Part shown: piece after piece, positions 1 through 11,700 of the stretch
Numbering within the stretch: the first letter of the stretch is position 1
Layout of the letters: each line of letters opens with the position of its first letter
Assembly (NCBI GenBank): GCA_951406725.2
Contig: OX597823.1
Span: 103,602,001 to 103,666,000 of the forward strand
Direction: 5' to 3'
Length of the DNA stretch: 64,000 nucleotides
DNA from: Octopus vulgaris
Taxonomy: Eukaryota
Notes under the pieces: model-generated
What the model was told of the DNA's origin: nothing
The model's input: only the letters and a program-made list of their open reading frames with translations
Databases searched by the model: none
Translations under genes and position numbers: made by a program

Positions 1-942
1 CAATACGGGGCCAGTGCGCTACCGCGTAGAAGTGTGTGTGAATGGATCGAGAAGTTTGAATGTGGCCGGACAAGTGTGACGCGCAAAGAGGGAGCAGGAC
101 ACCCGTCAACCTCCACCCCTGACGAGAAGATTCAGCAAGCTCGAGAGATGGTCATGGTGAAACGGCGACATATCATCGATGAGGTAGCTCGTTCTCTGCA
201 GATTAGTCATGGGTCTGCCAATCAAATCATCCACGATGAGCTCGGTTTCCATAAAGTCTGTGCAAGATGGGTGCCAAGAGAACTAAGTGAAGAGTACAAG
301 CGCAAACGTCTAGGGGTCTGCCAACGTTTACTCGATCGCTACGACAGTGAGGGCGAGGAATGTTTGAGCAGAATAGTCGCAGGAGATGAAAAGTGCGTCC
401 ATCATCATGTGGGAGAATCTAAAGGACAGAGTATGGAGTGGAAACATCCTGGTTCGCCAACGACGAAGATATTCAAAACTCAGTCTTTCGCGGGAAAGGT
501 GATGCTACGCCTTTTTTTGGACTCAAAAGGATCTGTACTGGAAGACCACCTGGAAAGGGGTGTACGATCAGCAGTGCAAGGTACAATGCTTTGCTGGCCA
601 ATAAACTGAAGTCAGCAATTGGTACCAAACATCAAAGCCTATTGTCGAAGAATGTCTTGTTGCATGACAATGCACGCCAACACACGGCCGCCCAGGCGGT
701 TGAAACTATTAACCGACTGGGTTTTAAGGTGCTGGAACGCCCTGCCTGCAGCCCAGATCCCGCCCCTTCTAACTATCAGATCTTTGGACCGCTCAAAGAT
801 AGTTTACGGATGAAGATGTGAAGGAAGCGGTGTATAAATGGTTGCACGACCAACCGAAAACCTTCTTGGAGGAGGGAATACGCAACTTTGTGGATCGCTG
901 GACGAATTGCATCGAAAAGGAAGGAGACTATATAGAAATATG
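1..942 (+). mobile_element. Mariner (DD34D-type) transposase pseudogene, frameshifted, starts upstream of the window
   Basis: ORFs 34-609 and 438-821 carry WVPREL, VAGDEKCVHH, LLHDNARQH and SPDPAPSNY, which are degenerate WVPxxL / DExW / HDNA / YSPDLAPSDY mariner motifs. Confidence 0.92.
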
Positions 943-1019
943 ACGTACTTGTTTATCTCCTGCCTTTGCCGAACAACCTGTACAGATCATTTGTTTATTG
1001 TGGTCATATGTATGTACCT

Positions 1020-1208
1020 TGCATTAGCTCACTCTCTCCATCAAATCGACGTTGTCTGAACAGGTGCACAGTATACCATACGTCAGGTGTCAAAGTGATT
1101 GCAGAGCAATGTGAGATTAAATGCTTTGCTTAAGAGCACAACGCACCACCCAATATAGGAATTGATATCACGATCGCTAGATCGCGAGTGCAACACCCTA
1201 AACACTAA

Positions 1209-1211
<3 letters not shown>
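1020..1211 (-). mobile_element. tRNA-derived SINE fragment
   Basis: The minus strand reads tggcttagtgtttagggtgttgcactcgcgatc...caattcct (A/B-box-like head), followed by ...gtgttgtgctcttaagcaaagca. Confidence 0.6.
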
Positions 1212-1262
<51 letters not shown>

Positions 1263-1340
1263 TAAAATATAAAATATGAAGTAGAGATAAAACCACTATT
1301 ATGCAACTCAAACAGTGATAGACATAAACCAATACATAAA

Positions 1341-1448
<108 letters not shown>

Positions 1449-1699
1449 GGGGGTTGTACTCATTTTCCACCGTTTGTTTATATGCCATTATCTAGCGCTA
1501 CGGCACAAGTGACCGATATAGTACGTACAAGAGTTTTACGAAATTAGTACCTGGGTCGGTTTGTTTGACTAGGCACTGTTCCAGCATGGGGGCGCAGTTT
1601 ATAAAGTAGAAAGATTTGAAATAACGAAAAATGAATTGAAAAGAAGAAAAAAAATCATTTTCGATTGGAGATAAATTGGTGTGTATGAACATATAGACA

Positions 1700-2140
1700 A
1701 AGAAGAAGAAGAAGAAGAAGAAGAAGAAGAAGAAGAAGAAGAAGAAGAAGAAGAAGAAGAAGAAGAAGAAGAAGAAGAAGAAGAAGAAGAAGGAGGAGGA
1801 GGAGGAGGAGAAGAAGAAGAAAAAGAAGGAGAAGGAGAAGGAGAAGAAGAAGGAGGAGAAGAAGAAGAAAGAGGAGAAGAAGAAGAAGAAGAAGAGGAGG
1901 AGGAGGAGGAGGAGGAGAAGGAGAAGAAGAAGAAGAAGAAGAAGGAGGAGAAGAAGAGAGAATAAGAAGGAGAAGAAGGAGAAGAAGAAGGAGGAGAAGA
2001 AGAAGAAGAAGAAGGAGGAGAAGAAGAAGAATAAGAAGGAGAAGAAGAAGAAGAAGAAGAAGGAGAAGAAGAAGAAGAAGGAGGAGAAGAAGAAAAAGAA
2101 GAAGAAGGAGGAGAAGATAATGATGATGATGAAGAGGAGG
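1700..2140. repeat. (GAA/GGA)n polypurine tract
   Basis: About 440 bp of almost pure purine triplets; this is the source of the poly-Glu ORF. Confidence 0.95.
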
Positions 2141-3021
2141 ATGGGAATTTATGAATGAGAAATAAGGTTTTAGGTGGTGTGGTGGCGAAATGTGGACGTG
2201 CTTATCAAAAATAGAATTCTATAGATGTTTTGAAAAGATAAAATTCAATGGCATTGGTTTCTGATAAGTACGTTTGAGCTGGAAGAAAGAAGTGGAACTA
2301 GACAAAGGTAGAAATGAATTAGAGAGATGCACTCCAAGCTCATTGAATAACGTATGTCTAGCAATGTGAACATATTCCTTTTATATATAATGATAGGGTA
2401 GATGATGAGCAACCATCACCAACATCATTTACTTGTACAAGTGTGATATGTGTGTGTACATAAATGTATGTATGTTTATATGTATGTATGTATGTATATA
2501 TATATACATGTATATGTGTGTATATATATATGTGTGTGTGTGTGGTGTAATGTTTGTTGATAAGTTCAACAGAATAAAGCACATATCACATCTAGGTTAT
2601 AAATATTTTATATACAGTATCTAATTTGAGACAGACAACATTATGTTTCCTTCTATGAGAAAGTAGAACACTTAGCCTTGCTCAAACCGATACCAACTTT
2701 CTCCAGCATTTCTCATGTCTGGTCGTAAGATGGTCGCAGGCACCACATGGTAGTATTTAAACGATACGATGCACCATTTGGAGCATCAGTTATTCTGTTT
2801 AAACAGAGTAAAGAAATTTTCAACAAGAGGTAATAATGTGTTATAATTATACTAGTATACCCGTGACGACAAAAATGCCCATTTAATTTTGTTAATGATA
2901 CAAAATGTCGCATCAACACAATGAGAGAAACCATTGATAATCTAGTAAATATATTTACATACACTTGAAGGATCAGATACAGTTGTAATATCTTAGTTGA
3001 CAATATAATTCACATGACACA

Positions 3022-3420
3022 TGCGGTATCAAAAGGTCCCCGGATTAGTTCTGTAGCGCCCCAACAGATGGCAGCACACGTTTGCATGTGCAGTGAGGGT
3101 TAGCAGTGACCTTCACGAGGCAATGTGCCGAGTGACATAGATGTGTTTACTTCGCAAGTTGCGGACTTCCATCTCTTCCCCAAGATGAAAATGCAGCTCA
3201 AAGGTCACCGTTTTAACACCGTTGTCGAGATCCAGAGGAAATCACGAAGGTCCTCGACTCGCTTACAGAACACGACTTCCATGCCAGATTCCAAAAGTTG
3301 TAGGAACGCTGGGACCGGTGTATTACTGCGCAAGGTGACTATTTCGAAGGAGGCGTTGTTAAAAATTAGGCAAATAAGTTAGTTTTTCTTAAACTTAACT
3401 AGTCCGGAAACCACCACGTA
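3022..3420 (+). mobile_element. Internally deleted mariner (MITE-like), same family as 22732-23591
   Basis: Shares the left end (gtatcaaaa...tagttctgtagcg) and the DFHLFPKMKMQLKG-coding segment with 22732-23591. Confidence 0.8.
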
Positions 3421-3483
3421 TATATATATATGTGACTGAGGGTGTAGAAATACCAGTATTGCTAGAAATAGCAATATATATAT

Positions 3484-3826
3484 ACTCTTTTACTCTTTTA
3501 CTCTTTTACTTGTTTCAGTCAGTTGACTGCGGCCATGCTGGAGCACTGCCTTTAGTCGAGCAACTCGACCCCGGGACTTATTCTATCAGGCTCTTTTGCC
3601 GAACCGCTAAGTTACGGGACATAAACACACCAGCATCGGTTGTCAAGCAATGCTAGGGGGACAAACACAAACAGTTTCCGTCTACCAAATCCACTCACAA
3701 GGCTTTGGTCGGTCCGAGGCTATAGTAGAAGACACTTGCCTAAGATGCCACGCAGTGGGACTGAACCCGGAAGCAAGTTACTTACTTGGTAAGCAAGTTA
3801 CTTACCACACAGCCACTCCTGCGCCT
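3484..3826 (-). mobile_element. tRNA-derived SINE (family of 24195-24665)
   Basis: Reverse complement of the aggcg(c/t)agg(a/g)gtggctgtgtggtaag head and the gactgaaacaagtaaaagagtaaaagagta tail. Confidence 0.85.
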
Positions 3827-3830
3827 ATAT

Positions 3831-3906
<76 letters not shown>

Positions 3907-4163
3907 GTATATATATATATATATATATATATAATCTAATCATCACTAAATGTGACTGAGGGTGTAGAAATACCAGTATTGCTAGAAATAGCAATATATA
4001 TACAATGACAAGGGAGATAACCACCCTTTATGGGATTATGTTGCGCCTAGCTGTTTATATTAGTTTTTAATATACGCATTAATATTTCGCTAAATCAGCC
4101 ATAAATTGTTATGGTAAAAATATGTATACCGGCAGATAGATTTAGCCAAACCATCGACTATGT

Positions 4164-4215
4164 ATCACTACTGATGATACCTACGAAACAGGTGAAACTG
4201 GTCTAGTCTAGTGAT
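4164..4215 (+). ncRNA. Type I hammerhead ribozyme, canonical core
   Basis: atcacta-CTGATGA-t-acct(acgaaac)aggt-GAAAC-tg(gtc)ta-GTC-tagtgat: 7-bp stem I, 4-bp stem II, short stem III, GUC cleavage triplet ending at 4208. Confidence 0.88.
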
Positions 4216-4496
4216 TCATGGGGCGGTTCTCTCACATGTCAGTGCATATATATTCTGATCTTCTAACAGCATTTAGAATCTTCAACTCTTTTTCCTAGCG
4301 ATATTGCTGCTTCGACACCCCCATGTCATATTTACTGACGCTTAAATGTTTCCTGTATGGCATTGTATTGCACCTAGCTGTTTAAATTAATCTTTTATAT
4401 ACGCATTAGCACTTCACTAAATCAGCCATAAATTTTTATGGTCGAAATATATATACTGGCAGATAGATTTAACCAAGCTATCGACCGTTTGAGTAC

Positions 4497-4546
4497 CTAC
4501 TGCTGCTGATGCCTACGAAACAGGTGAAAGTAGTCTACTCTAGTAG
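4497..4546 (+). ncRNA. Type I hammerhead, second tandem copy (A6C change; compensated GAAAG/CUC stem III)
   Basis: ctactg-CTGCTGA-t-gcct(acgaaac)aggt-GAAAG-ta(gtc)ta-CTC-tagtag. Confidence 0.72.
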
Positions 4547-4741
4547 TTCTAGAGGCAATCATTAGGCAGTTATCTCCCCTGCCAGTGTATATATATTGTG
4601 CACTTCTAAGAGTCTTTAACTAAGTGCCTTTAACTCTTATTTCTAGCAATATTGGTACTTTGACATCCTTAGTAACAGTTAGTGACTATTAAATTTTTCC
4701 TTTATGGTAACGTATTGCATCTAACTGTTTCCATTCATTTA

Positions 4742-4817
<76 letters not shown>

Positions 4818-4818
4818 C

Positions 4819-4883
<65 letters not shown>

Positions 4884-4888
4884 CCTAC

Positions 4889-4980
<92 letters not shown>
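4742..4980. repeat. (ATCT)n microsatellite
   Basis: Direct reading. Confidence 0.97.
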
Positions 4981-5186
4981 ATACACATACATATGTGTGT
5001 ATACGTGCGTGAATGTGTGTGCGGGAACGTAAGTTTGTTTACTTTTTTAGATCGAATCGATGAAATCAGTAAAATATGTTATCTTTTACTTGGGGAAAAG
5101 AAAGTTTTGTATCAGAAAGGTCAATAATACGAAATTGACTAAAATGAAGTAAGAAAAAAATGTAAGTATAATATATATATATATAC

Positions 5187-5275
<89 letters not shown>

Positions 5276-5276
<1 letters not shown>

Positions 5277-6491
5277 TAGCTGAAGGTGACCCGCTCTACG
5301 CGCGGGTAAGAATGTGGTTGTTACTTTCTGTTGCTTCCTTTCAGCACGTAAAAAGTACCATCCGAACGTGGCGGATTGCAGCGCCGCCTTGACTGGCTTC
5401 TGTGCCAGTGACACGTAAAAAGGACCAACCGATCGTGGGCATTGCCAGCCCCCCTGGCACCTGTGCCGGCGGCACGAAAAATGCACCCACTACGCTCAGA
5501 GTGGTTGGCGTTAGGAAGGGCATCCACCTGTAGAAACACTGCCAGATCAGACTGGAGCCTGGTGCAGCCTCCTGGCTTCCCAGACCCTGGTCAAACTGTC
5601 CAACCCGTGCTAGCACGGAAAACGGACGTTAAACGATGATGATGATGATGATGATGATTCTCCTCTTTGTTTCTCTCTCCTTTCTCTCTCACTTTCCCAC
5701 TCTCTTACTTTTCTTTTCTCTCGGACTCTCCCTCGCTTTCTCTTACTCTCTATCTTTATCTATCTCTCTCCCATTTATAAACAACAAAATATCTTGAGTA
5801 AGTTGAGAAATAAAATATTTAGAAAGATCAATCATAAATATCAGGCAGTAACAACGGAAAGGTCTGCTTCAAGGCAGACAGCAAAACACTAACATTTAAA
5901 AGGGACAGACGAACTTGCGAGCTGAATAAAAATAATAAAATATTGGAAACCAAAGTTTGAAGGGATAGAATCTGAGGATAGTAGTCATCATGGCTGGCAG
6001 ATTAAGAAATCTTAAGATTAAGAAATCTTAACGACGGACAGCAACGTTTTGACAGTTTAACGGCTGGCGTAAAATTTTGAACTTGATAATTATCATTAGG
6101 AAAAAGAGTGAGTGAGTGAGGAAGACATATACATAAATTGAGGCGATGATAATTATCCCTATGAATGCAAACAGATACATCAAAGAAAGCCGCCTGACGA
6201 CCTTATAAAGGCAAAGTGAAAGGGAGTTGAGGGGAATACATTAAATAACGGGAGTGGACATTGTCAACGTTATAAATGAAGGGGAGTAAGAGAGGGAAAG
6301 AAGGAAATAGTGTGAGTGAAGAAGATGGCCCCTAGCAACCACACCTTTTAAGATAGGGATTTCTAAGGTAGCCCACGCGCATCGTCACCTCATTCTACAT
6401 GTCCCTGTAAATTTTGGAGCGAATCGGACGGGATGTAGTGGCATTGAAAGCGAACCAAGCGGTAAAAACGCATTTCCATTTTATATATAGA
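5276..6491 (-). mobile_element. Non-autonomous Helitron, copy 1
   Basis: The minus strand starts TC (6491-6490) and ends CTAG (5279-5276) followed by T. A GC hairpin acccgc/gcgggt at 5289-5307 lies 9 nt from the 3' end. Confidence 0.82.
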
Positions 6492-7926
6492 CTAGCTGAA
6501 GGTGACCCGCTCTACGCGCAGGTAAGAGTGTGGTTGTTACTTTCTGTTGCTTCCTTTCAGCACGTAAAAAGCACCATCCGAACGTGGCGGATTGCAGCGC
6601 CGCCTTGACTGGCTTCTGTGCTGGTGGCACGTAAAAAGCACCAACCGATCGTGGCCGCTGCCAGCCCCCCTGGCACCTGTGCAGGCGGCACGAAAAAAGC
6701 ACCCACTACGCTCACAGAGTGGTTGGCGTTAGGAAGGGCATCCACCTGTCGAAACACTGCCAGATCAGACTGGAGCCTGGTGCAGCCTCCTGGCTTCCCA
6801 GACCCCTGTCAAACTGTCCAACCCGTGCTAGCACGGAAAACGGACGTTAAACGATGATGATGATGATGATGATGATGATTCTCCCCTTTGTTTCTTTCTC
6901 CTTTCTCTCTCACTTTCCCACTCTCTTACTCTTCCTTTCTCTCGGACTCTCCCTCGCTTTCTCTTACTCTCTATCTTTATGTATCTCTCTCCCATTTATA
7001 AACAACAAAATATCTTGAGTAAGTTGAGAAATAAAATATTTAGAAAGATCAATCATAAATATCAGGCAGTTACAAAGGAAAGGTCTGCTTCAAGACAGAC
7101 AGCAAAACACTAACATTTAAAAGGGACAGACGAACTTGCGAGCTGAATAAAAATAATAAAATATTGGAAACCAAAGTTTGAAGGGATAGAATTCGAGGAG
7201 AGTAGAGTCAGCATGGCTGGCATTTCTTAACGACGGACAGCAACGTATTGACAGTTCAACGGCTGGCGTAAAAGTTTGAACTTGATGTAAAAGAAAATCC
7301 CTAAAAACCAATTTTTGACTTGATTCTTTCTCACGACAGTAGACTCACAATGGCAAGCATTCAAAACTTCTTCATCATGGACGGCAAAACATTGACGATT
7401 AAAAGGCTGGAGCAAATTTTTTACCTTGATGTAACAGAGAATTGCTAAACACCCGCTCCTTTAAATTTTAATCCCCTTCCAGCCCCATTTATACCCCTTT
7501 TCACCTTTTGGTTAATATAACCCGATTTAATTTGGGTCTACTGGGGCCACATTTTATAAGATGAGGACTCAACCAAGTTTCCCAAGTTCTGGTCATAGAC
7601 CATAGAACACTCAACCAAGTTTCCCGATTTCTGGTCATAGACCATAGAACACTCAACCAAGTTTCCCGAGTTCTGGTCATTTGCAGAATAAATAGAGACG
7701 GCGGAGGTGGCAGACGTCGTTGCAATGTAAACATGATTTGTTATAAGAGAAAGATTGTCCAGATTGTGTGTTGGCGGTGTTGGTGGTGGCGATGATAATT
7801 ATCATTAGGAAAAAGAGTGAGTGAGTGAGGAAGACATACATAAGTTGTGGCGATGATAATTGTAGACCCCTTTTCACATTTTGATGAAGAGAACCCGATT
7901 TCATTCGGGTGTACTGGGGCTACATA

Positions 7927-7987
<61 letters not shown>

Positions 7988-8097
7988 ACGCTGTAGAAAT
8001 TAAATTAGAGATAAAACCACTAATAGGGAAATGAAACAGTAAAAAACCAAAAACCAAAACATAAAAATAAAAATATAATATTAGATATATGTATATG

Positions 8098-8130
<33 letters not shown>

Positions 8131-8533
8131 TGACAGGTAGACAATAGAATGCGATGGCGATGGGGATGGCGATGTAATATTTGTTACTGTCCATGAACGC
8201 TGATAGATACATGAGTAAAATGTATAGGAAGGTAAGAGATAGAGTGAGTGAAAATGTTCTTGGAAGAGAGTAAATAGCTACAGAGTGATTTGAGGAAGAC
8301 TTTACATTAAATAACGGTAGTTGCATTGTCAAATGAAGAGGAGTGACAGAGTACTGGAGGAAATAGGGTGAGGTAGGAAGATGGCCCCTAGCAACCACAC
8401 CTTTTAAGATAGGGATTTCTAAGGTAGCCCACGCGCATCGTCACCTCATTCTACATGTCCCTGTAAATTTTGGAGCGAATCGGACGGGATGTAGTGGCAT
8501 TGAAAGCGAACCAAGCGGTAAAAACGCATTTCA

Positions 8534-8545
<12 letters not shown>
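6492..8545 (-). mobile_element. Non-autonomous Helitron, copy 2 (longer); its 5' end runs into (TA)n
   Basis: Highly similar to copy 1 over 6492-7280 and 8330-8540. It has extra internal sequence, including short tandem repeats at 7567-7680. Confidence 0.8.
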
Positions 8546-8568
<23 letters not shown>

Positions 8569-8746
8569 ATAAATATTAGGGAATAAATCCAAATTTACAG
8601 GGAAAAAAAAATCAGATTTAGGATTAAATCCAATTTTATAGTAAAATATTATAAAATATTATTAGAGACAAAACCACTATTTTGCAAAACAAACAAGGAA
8701 AGACTTAATCAATACATAAAATTTTAATAAATAGTAAAAAAAACCG

Positions 8747-8789
8747 CCACTACAATCGTTTCTTGTCTTGATCGACAATCTTCAGGTGG
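8747..8789 (-). ncRNA. Minimal type I hammerhead ribozyme
   Basis: Minus strand: ccac-CTGAAGA-ttgtc(gatcaa)gacaa-GAAAC-gatt-GTA-gtgg. Confidence 0.82.
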
Positions 8790-11700
8790 ACTTCAATCTA
8801 AAATATCAATATTTTAAAATATACAAATAATAATTTTAAAATAATTAAAGTATGAATGAAAAAATATAAATATATAATCCATATATAACCTATATATAAT
8901 CCATATATAATCAATATATAAACAATATATAAACTAAAATAAACCTATCAACAATTAAATATAAAATATAAAATATAAAATATAAAATATAAAATATAAA
9001 ACAAAACAAAAAAATAATAATAATATAATAATAAACTATATATACACCCATACACATATACCTAATTATATATAACCATATCTAACTACATACACTATAT
9101 CACACACCTATATATATATCCCTATACATACACATAAAAACGTCTAGGCAACTAAAAATAAATAAAATAGCTAAATACTTCAACACAATACTTATTCATA
9201 CTCCCCACACACACACACATACAACCCACATTCACGCTCTAGAAAACGGACATCACTCAAAATTATGAACGGAGAAATGGAATAAATGGAATTAAAAATT
9301 ATATTCACTTGGTAAAACGAACACTACTTAAAAATTATGAATGAAACAATGCAATAAAACAACAGACATCGCAAATATACACAAATTACTACGAATTCCT
9401 TAACAAACCTACCATGATAAACCAAAACTCACAAAAACATATAATGATAAAATCTCCCTTTACTAAACTCTATAACATACCTATATAGCAATCCCCCAAA
9501 CCTAAACATTCACACACAAATACACACACGTAAACCACACACCCACGACATATACAAATACCCACACCACTTACACATACCAATACATACATATAAACCT
9601 CAACATATACTCCAAAAACCCACTCAACCCCACACAGACAAATAAACACAAAAATTATGAATGGATTCTTTTATAAAACTACCATGATAAGCTAAAACTC
9701 ACAAAACAGAAATGATAAAACCTCCCTTTACTAAACACTATAACATACTTATATAGCAATCCCTTTAACCTATACATTCACACACAAAAACACACACGTA
9801 AACCACACACCCATAACAAATACAAACACCCACCCCACTCACACACACCCACAAGTACATATAAGCCACAACATATACACCAAACAAAATTACTTTACCA
9901 AGGAACTTAACATATGTATAAAAAGTATAACCGCTCTGGAAACGAACATCTCTAAATTAATGAATGGAGAAATGGAATAAATGGAATTAAAAATAATATT
10001 CACGTGGCAAAACGAACACCACTCAAAAATTATGAATGAAACAATGTAATAAAACAACCAACATCGAAAATAGACAAATTACCACGAATTCCCTAAAAAA
10101 ACCATGATAAACCAAAACTCTCAAAAACATATAACGATAAAATCTCCCTTTGCTAAACTCTATAACAGATATATATATACATAAAAATAGCTTGAAATAC
10201 TAAAGAGTAAATTTATTCAATAAAATCGCCAGTGGCTTCAACCACGGCCTCCTGCAACTCTTCTGGACGGTCTCCTTGTTTAAGTTGGTGAATGTTTATA
10301 ATTTTGGTTTATCATGGTTTTTTTAGGAATTCGTGGTAATTTGTCTATTTTCGATGTTGGTTGTTTTATTACATTGTTTCATTCATAATTTTTGAGTGGT
10401 GTTCGTTTTGCCACGTGAATATTATTTTTAATTCCATTTATTCCATTTCTCCATTCATTAATTTAGAGATGTTCGTTTCCAGAGCGGTTATACTTTTTAT
10501 ACATATGTTAAGTTCCTTGGTAAAGTAATTTTGTTTGGTGTATATGTTGAGGCTTATTTGTACTTGTGGGTGTGTGTGAGTGGTGTGGGTGTTTGTATTT
10601 GTTATGGGTGTGTGGTTTACGTGTGTGTTTTTGTGTGTGAATGTATAGGTTAAAGGGATTGCTATATAAGTATGTTATAGTGTTTAGTAAAGGGAGGTTT
10701 TATTATTTCTGTTTTGTGAGTTTTAGCTTATCATGGTAGTTTTATAAAAGAATCCATTCATAATTTTTGTGTTTATTTGTCTGTGTGGGGTTGAGTGGGT
10801 TTTTGGAGTATATGTTGAGGTTTATATGTATGTATTGGTATGTGTAAGTGGTGTGGGTATTTGTATATGTCGTGGGTGTGTGGTTTACGTGTGTGTATTT
10901 GTGTGTGAATGTTTAGGTTAGGGGGATTGCTATATAGGTATGTTATAGAGTTTAGTAAAGGGAGATTTTATCATTATATGTTTTTGTGAGTTTTGGTTTA
11001 TCATGGTAGGTTTGTTAAGGAATTACTCTCACCCATCCGCACGGATGTGAATCTCCGGTGTATATGTTGAGGCTTATATGTAGCGCTGTGGAGGCGAACG
11101 TCGTTGAAATTGTGAATGAATGGGTGGAGTTGGGAATTGTAACCGGGTGGTGGACTAGCGTTGCTTGGAATGTGAGTGGAATAGTGTAGTAGTGAGGTAG
11201 GCATCGAGAATAGGTTTGGGTTGCTGTAAGTTGTTTGTTAGAGCTGCTAAGGTGAGCTAAAGCTCATAAATGTATATAATGATTTTTCATGGTAGTTTTT
11301 TAAAGAATCCATTCATAATAAATTTTTTTAAGTAGTGTTGGTTTGCCACGTGGATATAGTTTTTAGTTCCATTTATTCTTTTTCTCCATTCATAATTTTA
11401 AATGACGTTTACTTTCCATGACGCGTATTCTTTTTTTTACATAAGTTATTTCTATGGTAACGTAATTTTGGTTTGATTTTTTTAACGGCTAAGAATTTAA
11501 TTTCACTTTATAATTTGAAACTGACTTGTAAGTATGTATTTTATTTATCCTTATGTCATATTGTTATTTTTGATATTCTGGTTAATTACGATGTATTTAA
11601 TGTTGTTTTCATAGGAGTGTTTATGTATATGAGATTGTGTGTGAGTTTTTAGTTGTATAATTTATTTATCTGTATGAGTGTGGGTGTGTAAATATTGTTG

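Larger units (their letters stand above)
4025..4730 (+). repeat. Diverged ~330-345 bp tandem repeat (2.1 units), each full unit carrying a hammerhead fold; an inverted fragment lies at 3934-4025
   Basis: Unit starts tatgg...ttgc(g/a)(c/t)cta(g/a)ctgttt at ~4029, ~4357 and ~4703. 3934-4025 is the reverse complement of internal unit sequence (ttatctcccttgtca; atttctagcaatactggta). Confidence 0.85.

Noticed and set aside
7567-7680. Short regularly spaced repeats (also 32423-32520 and 54770-54870) resembling a CRISPR array
   Set aside because: No unique spacers, no cas genes and a eukaryotic context; these are transposon sub-terminal or internal tandem repeats.
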